A stretch of 64,000 nucleotides of DNA from Mytilus edulis (lineage: Eukaryota). Of this stretch, positions 52,981 to 64,000 are shown piece after piece. The DNA is taken from the NCBI RefSeq assembly GCF_963676685.1, contig NC_092352.1, forward strand, positions 77,314,001 to 77,378,000, in the 5' to 3' direction. A program made the translations under genes and the position numbers. A model generated the notes under the pieces. That model searched no databases, had not been told where the DNA came from, and saw only the letters and a list, made by a program, of their open reading frames with translations. How positions within the stretch are numbered: the stretch's first letter is position 1; every line of letters begins with the position of its first letter.

Positions 52981-53510
52981 AAATAAAGGCAACAGTAGTA
53001 TACCGCTGTTCAAACTCATAAATCCATGGACAAAAAACAAAATCTGGGTAACAAACTAAAACTGAGGGAAACGCATTAAATGTAAGAGGAGAACAATGAA
53101 ACAACACTACAATGTAACACACACAGAAACGGACCAAGCAACAGACAACATCCCACGAGAATAACAAATATAACATCAAAACCAAATACATGAATCTGGG
53201 ATAGAAAAGTACCGTGACACGTCTTATCGAAATGTGAATTTACACTCAAAATTAAGAGAAAACAAACGACGCAACGTTAAAATGTAACACAAACGGAAAC
53301 GAACTATAATATAACAATGGCCATATTCCTGCCTTGGTACAGGACATTTTTAAAGAAAAAAATGGCGGGTTGAACCTGGTTTTGTGGCATGCCAAACCTC
53401 CCCTTTTATAGCCATGTGAAATATAACATTACGATGACAACTCAACACCACAGGACTACAATATAAATAAATTGGAGAATACAATTGACAAAGAAACACA
53501 CGAACAACAG
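52981..53510 (-). mobile_element. Retroelement 3' UTR (probably Penelope-like family 3) containing a variant twister-like fold at 53317-53415
   Basis: Shares its 3' end with 20600-20745 and 22964-23123. Confidence 0.7.
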
Positions 53511-54309
53511 TTAACAAAGGCAACAAGTTGAAAATTTTAATACGTCAGAAGTGCATTTTATCCACACAAGATCTACAAGTGATGCCAAGATACAAACGTT
53601 TGAAAGCCGAAACAAGCACAAAGTCGAACAGCATCGAGGACCAAAAGATCAAAAAAGTTGTGCCAAAAACGGCCAGGGTTTTCTGTTAGTTACCAGAACA
53701 TCCTTATCATTTAGAACAATTTATACTTTTGCAAACAGTAAATTTATAAAATTAATAAACAAAAGCTGTACATGATAGAACTGAAATATTAACTAATTAC
53801 AGGAAACAACTGAAATACATTAATTACCAGACATTTGCAACACAAAATGTAGACACATCCAAATATGTTTAAACCTCAACGCAAAGTGACGTCATATTTG
53901 AAATTGTCAAAAATGACAAAAAAATGATGACTTCATTTGAAATTGTAAAACAGATCATCAAAAAAGGAAAAATGACGTCATTTGAATGAATAAGATAGAA
54001 CTAGGACTGACCCAAGATTACATTTGAACTAAATACTGATATTGTACTTAATAACAATGCACATTTTAATATTTATTAATAGCAAACTAAGGCAGCAATT
54101 AACTATATTATAAAGCTATGTCCGGTTTGTTTTGAATCTCACTTCAAACGTAAAATATCGCACTGATTACGTTGAACAAAATGAAATGTAATAAATGAAT
54201 GCGGTGATTAATATTAATTACCATAACACATAAATATAATAGAAAAGAAGTCAACGCATTTGACATTATCCGATGAGAATTACAAATATAACATTAAACA
54301 TTTAAACTA

Positions 54310-54607
54310 AATACATGAATTTGGGATAGACAAGTACCATAACACGTCTTATAGTAATGTTGTAAAAATGTCCTTAGCTAGTTTGGTCAAAGATACATTG
54401 TATGGATCCACCAATTTGTGATGGTGTCCATAAAATTTACGGAGTGTCAATTTTAATCTGTCCTCCTCATAACTTTGTTGGAGCAGTTTCTGCGTAAGGA
54501 GAACACTCCTGTATATGAAGTCCGTATAGTGTGAACAAGCACGAGAATAACGTATCAATTGTGATATGTAAACACCATACGAAGGGGCAGAGGATATGTT
54601 ACTGCTG
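54310..54607 (-). mobile_element. Penelope-like family 3 ORF tail
   Basis: SSNISSAPSYGVYISQLIRYSRAC..LRKFYGHH. Confidence 0.8.
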
Positions 54608-55415
54608 TTATAGCGTGTTGCATTAGCATTTTTGTATTTTCGTTTCATTTTGTCTGCAAATTTCTTTTTGTTTACTACGGCGCATCCTCAATGCTAGTTT
54701 GTTGTGATGTCTGACGTTATAAATCTAAATTTAGCAAGTTTTTTATAATCATTATGACGGTTTATATATATATATGAATAAAAAAATGATGCAAATAGAT
54801 TGAAAAATTTTCTTAACGTAAAAAAAAATGTCAAGATAAAAAAGGTGCATTTAATTGGATTACTCAAAATATCAATAAACAATAAGTACGTAATTAATTA
54901 TTATACATGTTGCATCATAAATGTTAACCAAGTCGGCCTACCTAACCTAGGAAAAATATGTAGACATGGGTACTTCTTAATGTATTTGTAATTTAGGTTT
55001 TAGACAGGGTATATACTGCGACATTCCAGGGTTAGGACTTATATCCCCTTCGTCTTGAGCTCCGGCGATATAAACTCTAAGCCGGACATTGCACAGTATA
55101 TACATGATATACCCTGTCTAAGACCTGAATGTTCTTTTACTGTGTTTGCATGTAATACCAAATAAAACAATCTCCAATTCTAAATTGTCACATTGATAAA
55201 TTAAAAATTATTTCAATGAAACATTTAGATGGATAGTATCGAATATTATTGTATAGCAATATAATATTTCCAACAGAAAGTAACCAAAAGTTAGCGTGCA
55301 ATAAATTCTAATATTGCACTAGTGCAATAAATCATCAAAATTCATGACGTCATCAACGAAAAATCTTAGTTTAAACCATTTTTTACTTTCAAATATTATA
55401 TTACTATACAATAAA

Positions 55416-55536
55416 AGGGTTATTGCATGAATATGGGGGAATATTGTCCCTCGTAGAACATATATTGCACTCGCAAGCTCGTGCAATATAAAATTCTACT
55501 CGGGACAATATTCCCCAATATTCATGCAATAACCCT
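55416..55536. repeat. 121-bp palindrome (element-end hairpin)
   Basis: agggttattgcatgaatat...atattcatgcaataaccct; a weaker one lies at 54999-55122. Confidence 0.85.
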
Positions 55537-56530
55537 ATATTCCGGGTTCTATAGTCATTATTATCGTTACGATATGATATTCAATAAGTGTGATTGCCCA
55601 TGCAGAACCAATATTCCATACCCAAAACTTTTATATGCAAAATATAATTCAGTAAATGTTAAGAGAAAGAGTGGTGTTGAAAACCAAAGTTATAATACAC
55701 CAAGTATAAACATATCGTTGTTCCATAAAGACACGTACAAAACAAGCAAGTCGTGGCCTACTCATGTATTTGGAATGGATCCATGAAACATAACCGTCTC
55801 AAAAAGAAAATAAGTAATCGATATTTTGTTTCAAATTTTAGTATGGAGTATTCTGTGTATTGAGGACCCAAAATTCCAAAAGCTTGTGTTACATACGGCT
55901 AAAGTAAATAAAGGCTACAGTAGTATATCGAAAGTCACCAATTGACGAAGAGAAACAAATCTAGGTTACAAACTAAAACTGATGTAAAACCATTACCTAT
56001 AAGAGAAAACAATGAAATAACAGAAACACTGAGGTGCAGCAAAAAACCAAAACGACTATGTAAGACACACAGAAACGAAATATAAGATACCATTAGCCAT
56101 TTTCTTGACGTGGAACAGGACACTTTAAGAAAAAATGGTGGGTTCAACCTGGTTTTGCTGCAATCAAACCTCGCGCGTTTAGGACACTATTTAATATGAA
56201 ACTAAAATGACCACATTATAGGACAAATAAATGCAAGACCACTGAGGACAGAGAAATACACAAATAAACATTTCATTATGATATTTCGACATCAAAGGTA
56301 CGAGGCTTATAATTTAATACACCATACTTGCGTTTCGTCTACACAAGACTCACAAAATATAAATGAAAGCCAAACAAGTACGAAGTTGAAGAGCATTGAT
56401 GACACAAAATTCTAAAAAGTTGTGTCAAATACGTTTAAGTTTTTCTTTGCCTGGGATAAGAACATCCTTAGTATTTAGAATAATTCTTACTTTTGCAAAC
56501 AGTACATTTAAAAAAAAATGACCATATATA

Positions 56531-56949
56531 AAAAAAAAAAAAAGAAGATGTGGTATGATTGCCAATGAGACAACTATCCACAAAAGACCAAAATGACACA
56601 GACATTAACAACTATAGGTCAACGTACGGTCTTCAACAATGAGCAAATCCCATACCGCATAGTCAGTTATAAAAGGCCCCGATAAGACAATGTAAAACAA
56701 TTCAAACGAGAAAACTAACGGCCTTATTTATGTAAAAAAAATGAACGAAAAACAAATATGTAACACATAAACATATAAACAAACGACAACCACTGAATTA
56801 CAGGCTCCTGACTTGGGACAGGCACATACATAAATAATGTGGCGGGGTTAAACATGTTAGCGGGATCCCAACCCTCCCCCTAACCTGGGACAGTGGTATA
56901 ACAGTACAACATAAGAACGAATTATAAAAATCAGTTGAAAAAGGCTTAA
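56531..56949 (-). mobile_element. Retroelement 3'-end insertion, TSD catatata
   Basis: catatata at 56523-56530 and 56950-56957; same family as 24150-24360. Confidence 0.8.
56789..56897 (-). ncRNA. Candidate type-P5 twister ribozyme, second family
   Basis: CAGGU-UA-GGGG-G-A-GGG...UAA-CCCC-GC-CACAU..AUGUG-CCUG-UCCCAAGU-CAGG-A-GCCUG; P3 and P5 differ in sequence from 16360-16450 yet still pair. Confidence 0.8.
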
Positions 56950-57344
56950 CATATATATTTGATGTTCATGTCAACACTGAAGTGGTGACTAACCACCGAA
57001 TGAAAACGAACACGTAAAACAAATGCCTGGGATAATTTTTTCTAAAAATTCAAGTTTTGTAAACAGGCAATTTATAAAAATGACCATATGATAGATATTC
57101 ATGTCAACACCGAAGTGCTGACTAATGGGCTGGTGATACGCACTCGGGAACATGCGGATCAGCATCCGCTGAACTAGCAGACCTTACAATGTTTGTTATT
57201 CTTGAAAACATTTTACAACGCTTTAAACATAGACACAAAATGATTATGATTTCCAGATTGAGGGATGACGGCTGGATCATATGTAGGACTCGGAACCGCG
57301 TTGGTACTCTGAACCGCGATGGTCGCGCTGAAGTAAGATAGTCC

Positions 57345-57586
57345 ACGCTGAAGTGCGTTGCTCAACAGTGCGATAGTGACATTGTGATGTTTACTTGTTG
57401 ATAACTACGCTGAAGTGCGATGATGACACTGTGGCGTTAACTTGTTGATTACTACGCTGAAGTGCGATGGTGACATTGTGACGTTAACTTGTTGATAACT
57501 ACGCTGAAGTGCGATGGTGACATTGTGATGATAACTTGTGGATAATTACGCTGCAGTGCGATGGTGGTTACCCTGAAGTGCGATGT
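57345..57586. repeat. 47-bp minisatellite, ~5 units
   Basis: acgctgaagtgcg at 57407, 57454 and 57501; acgctgcagtgcg at 57548. Confidence 0.9.
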
Positions 57587-58489
57587 TCTGTCATAGACAT
57601 TGAATAAAAACAAAATGCAAATGATATGTTAGAATAAAAAAAAAACATCATTAAAAATTTTTCAAAAGCAGCTTCTAATTTCTTTTCCGTTCAAACCAAA
57701 TAATATAAAATCTTGATTTGTTTTGATCTTATTTTAAATTGTCATTCTCCGTTCAGTATGCATTAGTATTGAGTCAGAAAATATGGTGTTCAAGAGTGAA
57801 AAATATATATAATAACACAAGTAACGTTTTCCACCAACAACTTTGAAACTGCCGATTAGCAGCTGAGGAAAATAAAATAAATTTGGAAATACACTTAGAG
57901 AACAGTCATGTTACTTTCAGCCTAGCATTTTGTAGACAATTAACACTGTAACCACAATAAAATAAGGCTAGAGTAACGGTCCTATTAAAAACAGGGATTT
58001 TTCTTGGGTCTAAGAGAACATTATATCAACTTGATATTGCAAACACATTGACAATACTAGTAACATGAGTAAGTAATTTCAGTTTTTAATTGTCCACACA
58101 AAATCCTGTGAAGCAAACTGGAAGAGAAATCAAAATTAGTATTTAGACCAAATTATTTTATTTGTCGTTAATTGGTTTGAAGCTTTTTTTCTGAAAACAA
58201 TGGTTAGCTCATCCACAAACCAAGTTCAACATTCATCTGCTTTGTGCTACATGACATAGTCTAAAATATTTTTATTAACTCCACATACACTGCTCAAAAC
58301 TGTTGGGACTTTTATCGTTCGCTATTTTTTTTTCCTTCCGTTCCTTTGTTAGCATGAAACCTTCATCTACAAAACCTCTCCTCCTGGCATGGAATTCATT
58401 TTGCATTTGATTGACGCTTTTTTTTAAAACGTCACAATATTCAAACGTCTTGCTAAACCATCACGCTTCAGCGAAAGGAACATCGCACT

Positions 58490-58930
58490 TCAGTGTCCCC
58501 ATCGCACCTCCAAGTCCTACATGTATATTTCAGACCTATAGAGGAAATACACGAACTATCAACAATATCTAACACTGCGCACCAGTTCACTTTCGAATTT
58601 TTCCGTATCGAACAAATATTCCTAGACACTGTCATATGCGAAGGAGAAAGGTTCTTTAACGAAGGCATACTAGACATTAAAATCCATATCAAACCAACTG
58701 AAACATTTCAATATCTGCACTGCTACAGCTAACACCCGAAACAGTAGAACTAAGCTTAAAAAACAGTTGGAAGCTTTTAAAAGACGTTCCCTTTAACGAG
58801 GATACAAAATATCTGAAATCAACGAATTTGTTTTACAAACACAAAATAAAGAAAGGGAAAACTTGCTTGAACAAGGCCCAACGAAACGGGAGCAACCGTT
58901 AGTTACATTAACAAAACCCAACCAATCTAT
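58490..58930 (+). mobile_element. Degenerate Penelope-type RT fragment (different clade)
   Basis: IFLDTV..GERF..GILDIKIHIKPTETFQYLH..S*HP. Confidence 0.65.
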
Positions 58931-61105
58931 ATAGAAACTAGAAAATATGATAATTAAACCTTATGAGATCACCCCTAGTTTTTTGTGGGGTTCGTGTTGT
59001 TTATTCTTTAGTTTTCTATGTTGTGTCATGTGTACTATTGTTTTTTCTGTTTGTCTTTTTCATTTTTAGCCATGACGTTGTCAGTTTGTTTTAGATTTAA
59101 TGAGTTTGACTGTCCCTTTGGTAACTTTCGTCCCTCTTTTATCTCAATAAACCCTGATTATAGCTTATAAAATACTTAAAATTTTACAAGGACTGTTATC
59201 AAAGAATTAGCGGGTAAAGTCTTCTCGATTTTTCAAAACACAATATGATACTAGTACTCAGTTCGCAAAATAAATATAATCAACTACTATTTTATCCAAA
59301 GACAACCGGTGTATTGTCCAATATAACATAAGAAATAAATTAAATAAGCATAAATAACACGCCAATATACAACTTATTGAGTCGACCACTGGTGAAACCG
59401 AACTCATGGATTTTCCCCAAACACGGCATAAATACCGGATCTATCATGCTCATGGGTGAGCTCGCATGCGTTTATTGAAATACATTCTTTTATCATCTCC
59501 AGTTGAAACCCCATTAAAAATCTAGGAATATGTTGCCTCATTGATTGAATAATATTTCTAAGACTAATCTGTGTCCACTGTCATTGTTAAAACCAAGTCA
59601 ATCAAATCAAATTTGTACATGTTACGTAAACAAAAGAAGATTTCATCGACACCATTTCTTAAATAATTCGTTTAATATTTTCCTTGTTTGCCCTTTTTAT
59701 ACTTGCAAAGTATTTGCTATTTGCTACTTCTGTTTTTAAAAAAGTCATATCATGTAATACAGCGATATTTACATAACTTATTGGGACTGTTATACAAGTG
59801 AGAGGTTGGCTAGCAAAAACATCAGGATAATGACAGTTGATTTCCATTCGTTTGATATGTCTGGCCTTGAAGTCATAACACTATCGAGTCGGTTTTTTTT
59901 AACTCGTACTCCAAAACCTACCAATCAAAACGTTGGATTTCATGTTTCGAGCATGATTTTTGTGCTCCAATCACTGAGCAAGGACTTCAGGCCCTGTGCT
60001 TTAGATTTTGCCATTTGATGACTTACGCCTTATTCTGCTTCTTAAAATGTATAACAAAAACTAAATAGAACTGCAATGTTAAATATAGCTGTTTATTCTA
60101 GATTTGTTTATTTAAATGAGCGATATACAATGTAAACTAACAGTAGCATTTACTAACTAAACATTAGAATACAATGTGTTCGTATATAATGATTATTTGT
60201 TTTATCGCCGGTATAAACAATGACCTAGAAAAGAGTGAGGAATGGTTATGATTTACTAGCTGTGTTCGTGTATAACAAAACATCATTATACGATTTATCA
60301 TTCATTTGGCCGAGTGTTCTTAGAAACATTTACACATAAAACAAATGGTATATCTATGAAAACATTGTTGTCATCGTTAGAGCACAAAAGTTAATATTGA
60401 AAGGAAACATAGATAACACATCAAACATTTATAGACTATGGATGTACACAGAGTACTACATCTAAAATAAACCCATATACATTTTTAGATGAGAATTTAA
60501 CTTTGAAAAAAAAGTGCAAAACCGAATATCAAACGAAATCTCCCAACATGCAGGCATACTAAATACAAATTCCATTGACGAACGACTGAAATCCTCACGT
60601 TTTTTGTTGCCATCAGAAATTGCTTGATCCTTAAACCATGTGTCGAAACCTACAAGACACTTTGTCATTTATTGCATGTCACCACTATCATCAATTCGAT
60701 ATAACCTGAAGCGCATGATAAGCTTTCGCTAACGACGCAGCCATTATCGCTCAATTTGGAGTTAATGCGATTCCATTCTTTTGTTCCGTGGCCCGATTAG
60801 CATATTGTGAATTAGTTTATGACATTTGAACATAATTTAACTAGAGTTGCATAGATAATAGAATTACATCATTCACTGTTTGAAGGTCATAAATCAATTG
60901 AGAGAAAACCAAGCCGGGTTACAAAATTTAAAAAAAAACCCGTAAAATACATCAACTATAAGAGAAAAAACAAACGAAAAACAGGAAAACTGAAGTAAAG
61001 AAAAAAGACCCTTAGAAAGACACTTTTCGATAACAGCTGTCATATTTTTGACATGAAATTTTTAGAAAAAATTATGGGTTGAACCTGGTTTGATGGCTTT
61101 ACAAA

Positions 61106-62335
61106 CCTTCATGTGCTGGAGCATTTAAGGCATAGACTACTAACCTGGGCATGTGTTTAAGCACTAACAACATAGACTACTAACTTGAGCCTGCGCTGGA
61201 GCACTTTATGCATAGACTGATAACCTGAGCATGTGCTAGAGCATTCAATGCATAGACTAATATCGCACGAGCATTTAATGAAGTACTTAAGACATAGACT
61301 ACCTATCTGAACATGTGCTGGAGCACATACGGCATAGCCTACTAACCTGAGCATATGTTTAAGCACTAACAACATAGACTACTAACTTGAGCCTGCGCTG
61401 GAGCACTTTATGCATAGACTGATAACCTGAGCATGTGCTAGAGCATTCAATGCATAGACTAATATCGCACGAGCATTTAATGAAGTACTTAAGACATAGA
61501 CTACTAACCTCGGTATGTGCGAGAGCACTTAATGCATAGACTGCTAGACGGAATATGTGCGTGAGCATTTTATACATGGCCTACTAACCTGAGCATGTGC
61601 TGGAGTACTTACGGCGCAGCCAACTAATCTGAACATGTGCTAGAGCACATAAGGCATAGACTACTAACCTGAGCTTGTGCTGGAGCAATTCAGAAAGGCT
61701 GCTAACCTGAGCATGTAAGAGAGCACTTAAGGCATAGACTATTAATCTGTGGATGTGATAAATCACTTTAGGTAAAGACTGCTAATCCGGGAATATGCTG
61801 GAGCACCTAATACATAAACTACCAACCTGAGCATTGACTGGAGAACGTAAGACATAGACTACTAACCTGAACATGTGCTGGAACACGTAAGGCATAGACT
61901 ACTAATCTGAGCATGTGATAGTGCACTTAAAACATAGCATTCTAACCTGATCATGTGCTGGAGCTGAGTTTGACTGTCCATCTGGTATCTTTCTCCCTAT
62001 TTTAAACATAGCCGACTAACCTGAGCATGTGCTGGAGCACTTAAGACATAGACTACTAACTCGGGCATGTGATGGAGCACTTAAGGCATAGACTACTAAC
62101 CTGGGCATTTGCTGGAGCACTTAATGCATAGACTTCTAACCCGGTACTGTGATGAACACTTAAGGCATAGACTACTAACCTCAACATGTGATGAACACTT
62201 AAGGCATAGACTACTAACATGAGCATGGGCTGGAGAACTGAAGGCATAAACTACTAACCTGAATAGTGCTTGAGCACTTAAAGGCATAGAATACTAACCT
62301 GGACATGTGGTGGAGCACTTAATGCGTATACTAAA
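61106..62335 (-). repeat. 40-bp exon-derived satellite, inverted paralog (~30 units, 202-bp higher-order repeat)
   Basis: Reverse complement of the 28540 unit; a block is repeated at a 202-bp offset within 61137-61500. Confidence 0.95.
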
Positions 62336-62364
62336 GCATCTGCTATATCATCGGCTTGGAGACA
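62299..62364 (-). pseudogene. DHRS11: DHRS11-like penultimate exon, inverted copy (CLQADDIADALVYALSAPPHVQ)
   Basis: 66-nt exon with intact AG and GT; the downstream terminal exon appears deleted. Confidence 0.78.
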
Positions 62365-62726
62365 CTGAAAAAAAGTATGAGGTCCAAGTATACATATCCT
62401 ATGTTTGCGTCTATAATGAGTATATATCCAATTTGAATCAGTTACTTGTATTTAAAAACAAATTGAAACAGTAAATTAAAAATATTAAAAACAGTAACTC
62501 TAAAATAAAAATATTTTTTCAAATGATGTCAAGCCTTTTTTCTCAAATTTCCATTAGTTTTTTGTTGATTAATGACAAAGTACGTTACTCCGAAATTCAT
62601 GGTCTTAATAATAGTATGTATTTCATGCAAATGAAGGTATTTGACAGTTTACATAATATACATGACAAACAATGTATGAAAAAGGATACCATATAAGTAC
62701 TGATGGGTTTAGTGTCATAAAATGGA

Positions 62727-63645
62727 TTTTTGTCAGCTAATGTTCCTTGACACAGATAACAACGAGAAAACCTTGTATAAATGACCAAGATCAAAGAGTC
62801 TGAGCTATGTTTGCTGTTAATAAAATACAAGTTGAGTAAAATGTCATTTATTCAGAAATTAATTTAAAATGCAACTTACATCTTAACAATTATAATAGTA
62901 CTGCATAAATGACAATGACTTTAATAAGCAAAGGTGGGGTTGAAAAAGTGCCACACCGTAACAAAATAAACATCATAAAAATGACAAAAATAAAAGTGAG
63001 TTGAAAAATTAACTCACCAACATATGTAAATACAAATTATATAAACAAGTATACATGAATATTGTAATTAATTCATGTTTAAAGAAAAAAATAAATATCC
63101 TATATTATATAATAACACTAAAAAGGGAGGGAAATGGGAGGGTTTTCAGATAAATTCAAAACAATCTTTTCTTTCTCCCAAAACAAAGGCGAATGACCGC
63201 ATGTCCAAGCACATGTAGAAATTTGATATTAATTACCGATTTTAAGAACTGACCAATCAGATAATGTAATTAGATGATCATGCATTGAACATGATGTAGT
63301 CCTTGACCTCATGTTGATATACTGAAACAAAGAAATGCCTTCTACACACATGGCATTAATAAAATCAATATTATCGGAAATTCCAGCCAAAAAATCTTTT
63401 ATTTACAATAAATGTTATTTTGTCAGCTAATGTTCCTTGACACAGATAACAACGAGAAAACCTTGTATAAATGACCAAGATCAAAGAGTCTGAGCTATGT
63501 TTGCTGTTAATAAAATACAAGTTGAGTAAAATGTCATTTATTCAGAAATTAATTTAAAATGCAACTTACATCTTAACAATTATAATAGTACTGCATAAAT
63601 GACAATGACTTTAATAAGCAAAGGTGGGGTTGAAAAAGTGCCACA
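62727..63645. repeat. Identical ~229-bp direct repeats 690 bp apart (62727-62955, 63417-63645)
   Basis: Direct comparison. Confidence 0.9.
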
Positions 63646-64000
63646 AATCCCAAGAGGGATCCCCAACCGAGGACTCTGTATTCAACTTAGGAACTCCAGA
63701 ATTAGAAAATTGAGCAAGCCATGTTGACCTCAATAAAAAACACCCAAAATTGAATAAAATATACTCTTTTTAACTTTAGCATTTCAGTAAAAGTGTAGAG
63801 CAAACCATGTTGACCTCTACAAAAATAATAACACATATTATAAACAAAACAAAACAAAAAAGAAATGATATATAAGTATACAAAATAATCATTGATAATT
63901 AAACTTGTAAGGAAAGGTAAAGCAAGCCATGTTGACCTCTACCAACCCAATAAATACCATTACATATAGTAAATGACTGAAATAAAAAAAAACTTAAATT

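Larger units (their letters stand above)
56290..57150 (-). mobile_element. Degenerate retrozyme-like repeats, interrupted by a retroelement 3' end
   Basis: gcgtttcgtctacacaagactca hammerhead remnant; body similar to 39623-39953. Confidence 0.65.

Noticed and set aside
61157-62287. Short repetitive ORFs (LVVYALSA...) as proteins
   Set aside because: Translations of the 40-bp satellite

Overview
AT-rich eukaryotic genomic DNA whose repeat content looks like a bivalve mollusc, probably Mytilus (inference). (1) A birth-and-death cluster of intronless ~305-aa class A GPCRs: 4 intact ORFs plus several pseudogenes and fragments, carried on a ~24-28 kb segmental duplication. (2) Exons 1-3 of a Rac-type GTPase with a broken splice donor and a DVASQ G3 box. 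(3) Scattered exons of a DHRS11-like SDR gene. Its exon/splice-donor junction has been amplified into a 40-bp intronic satellite, present in two inverted copies. (4) Many retroelements (Penelope-like RT families, an L1/Tx1-like LINE), a Helitron and hairpin-type non-autonomous elements. The most striking signal is at the RNA level. Three different retroelement 3' tails carry a covarying, circularly permuted (type-P5) twister-ribozyme fold in which P1 is replaced by self-complementary palindromes. The window also holds minimal type-I hammerheads in ~350-nt retrozyme-like monomers. All calls were read by eye; no searches or folding programs were run.
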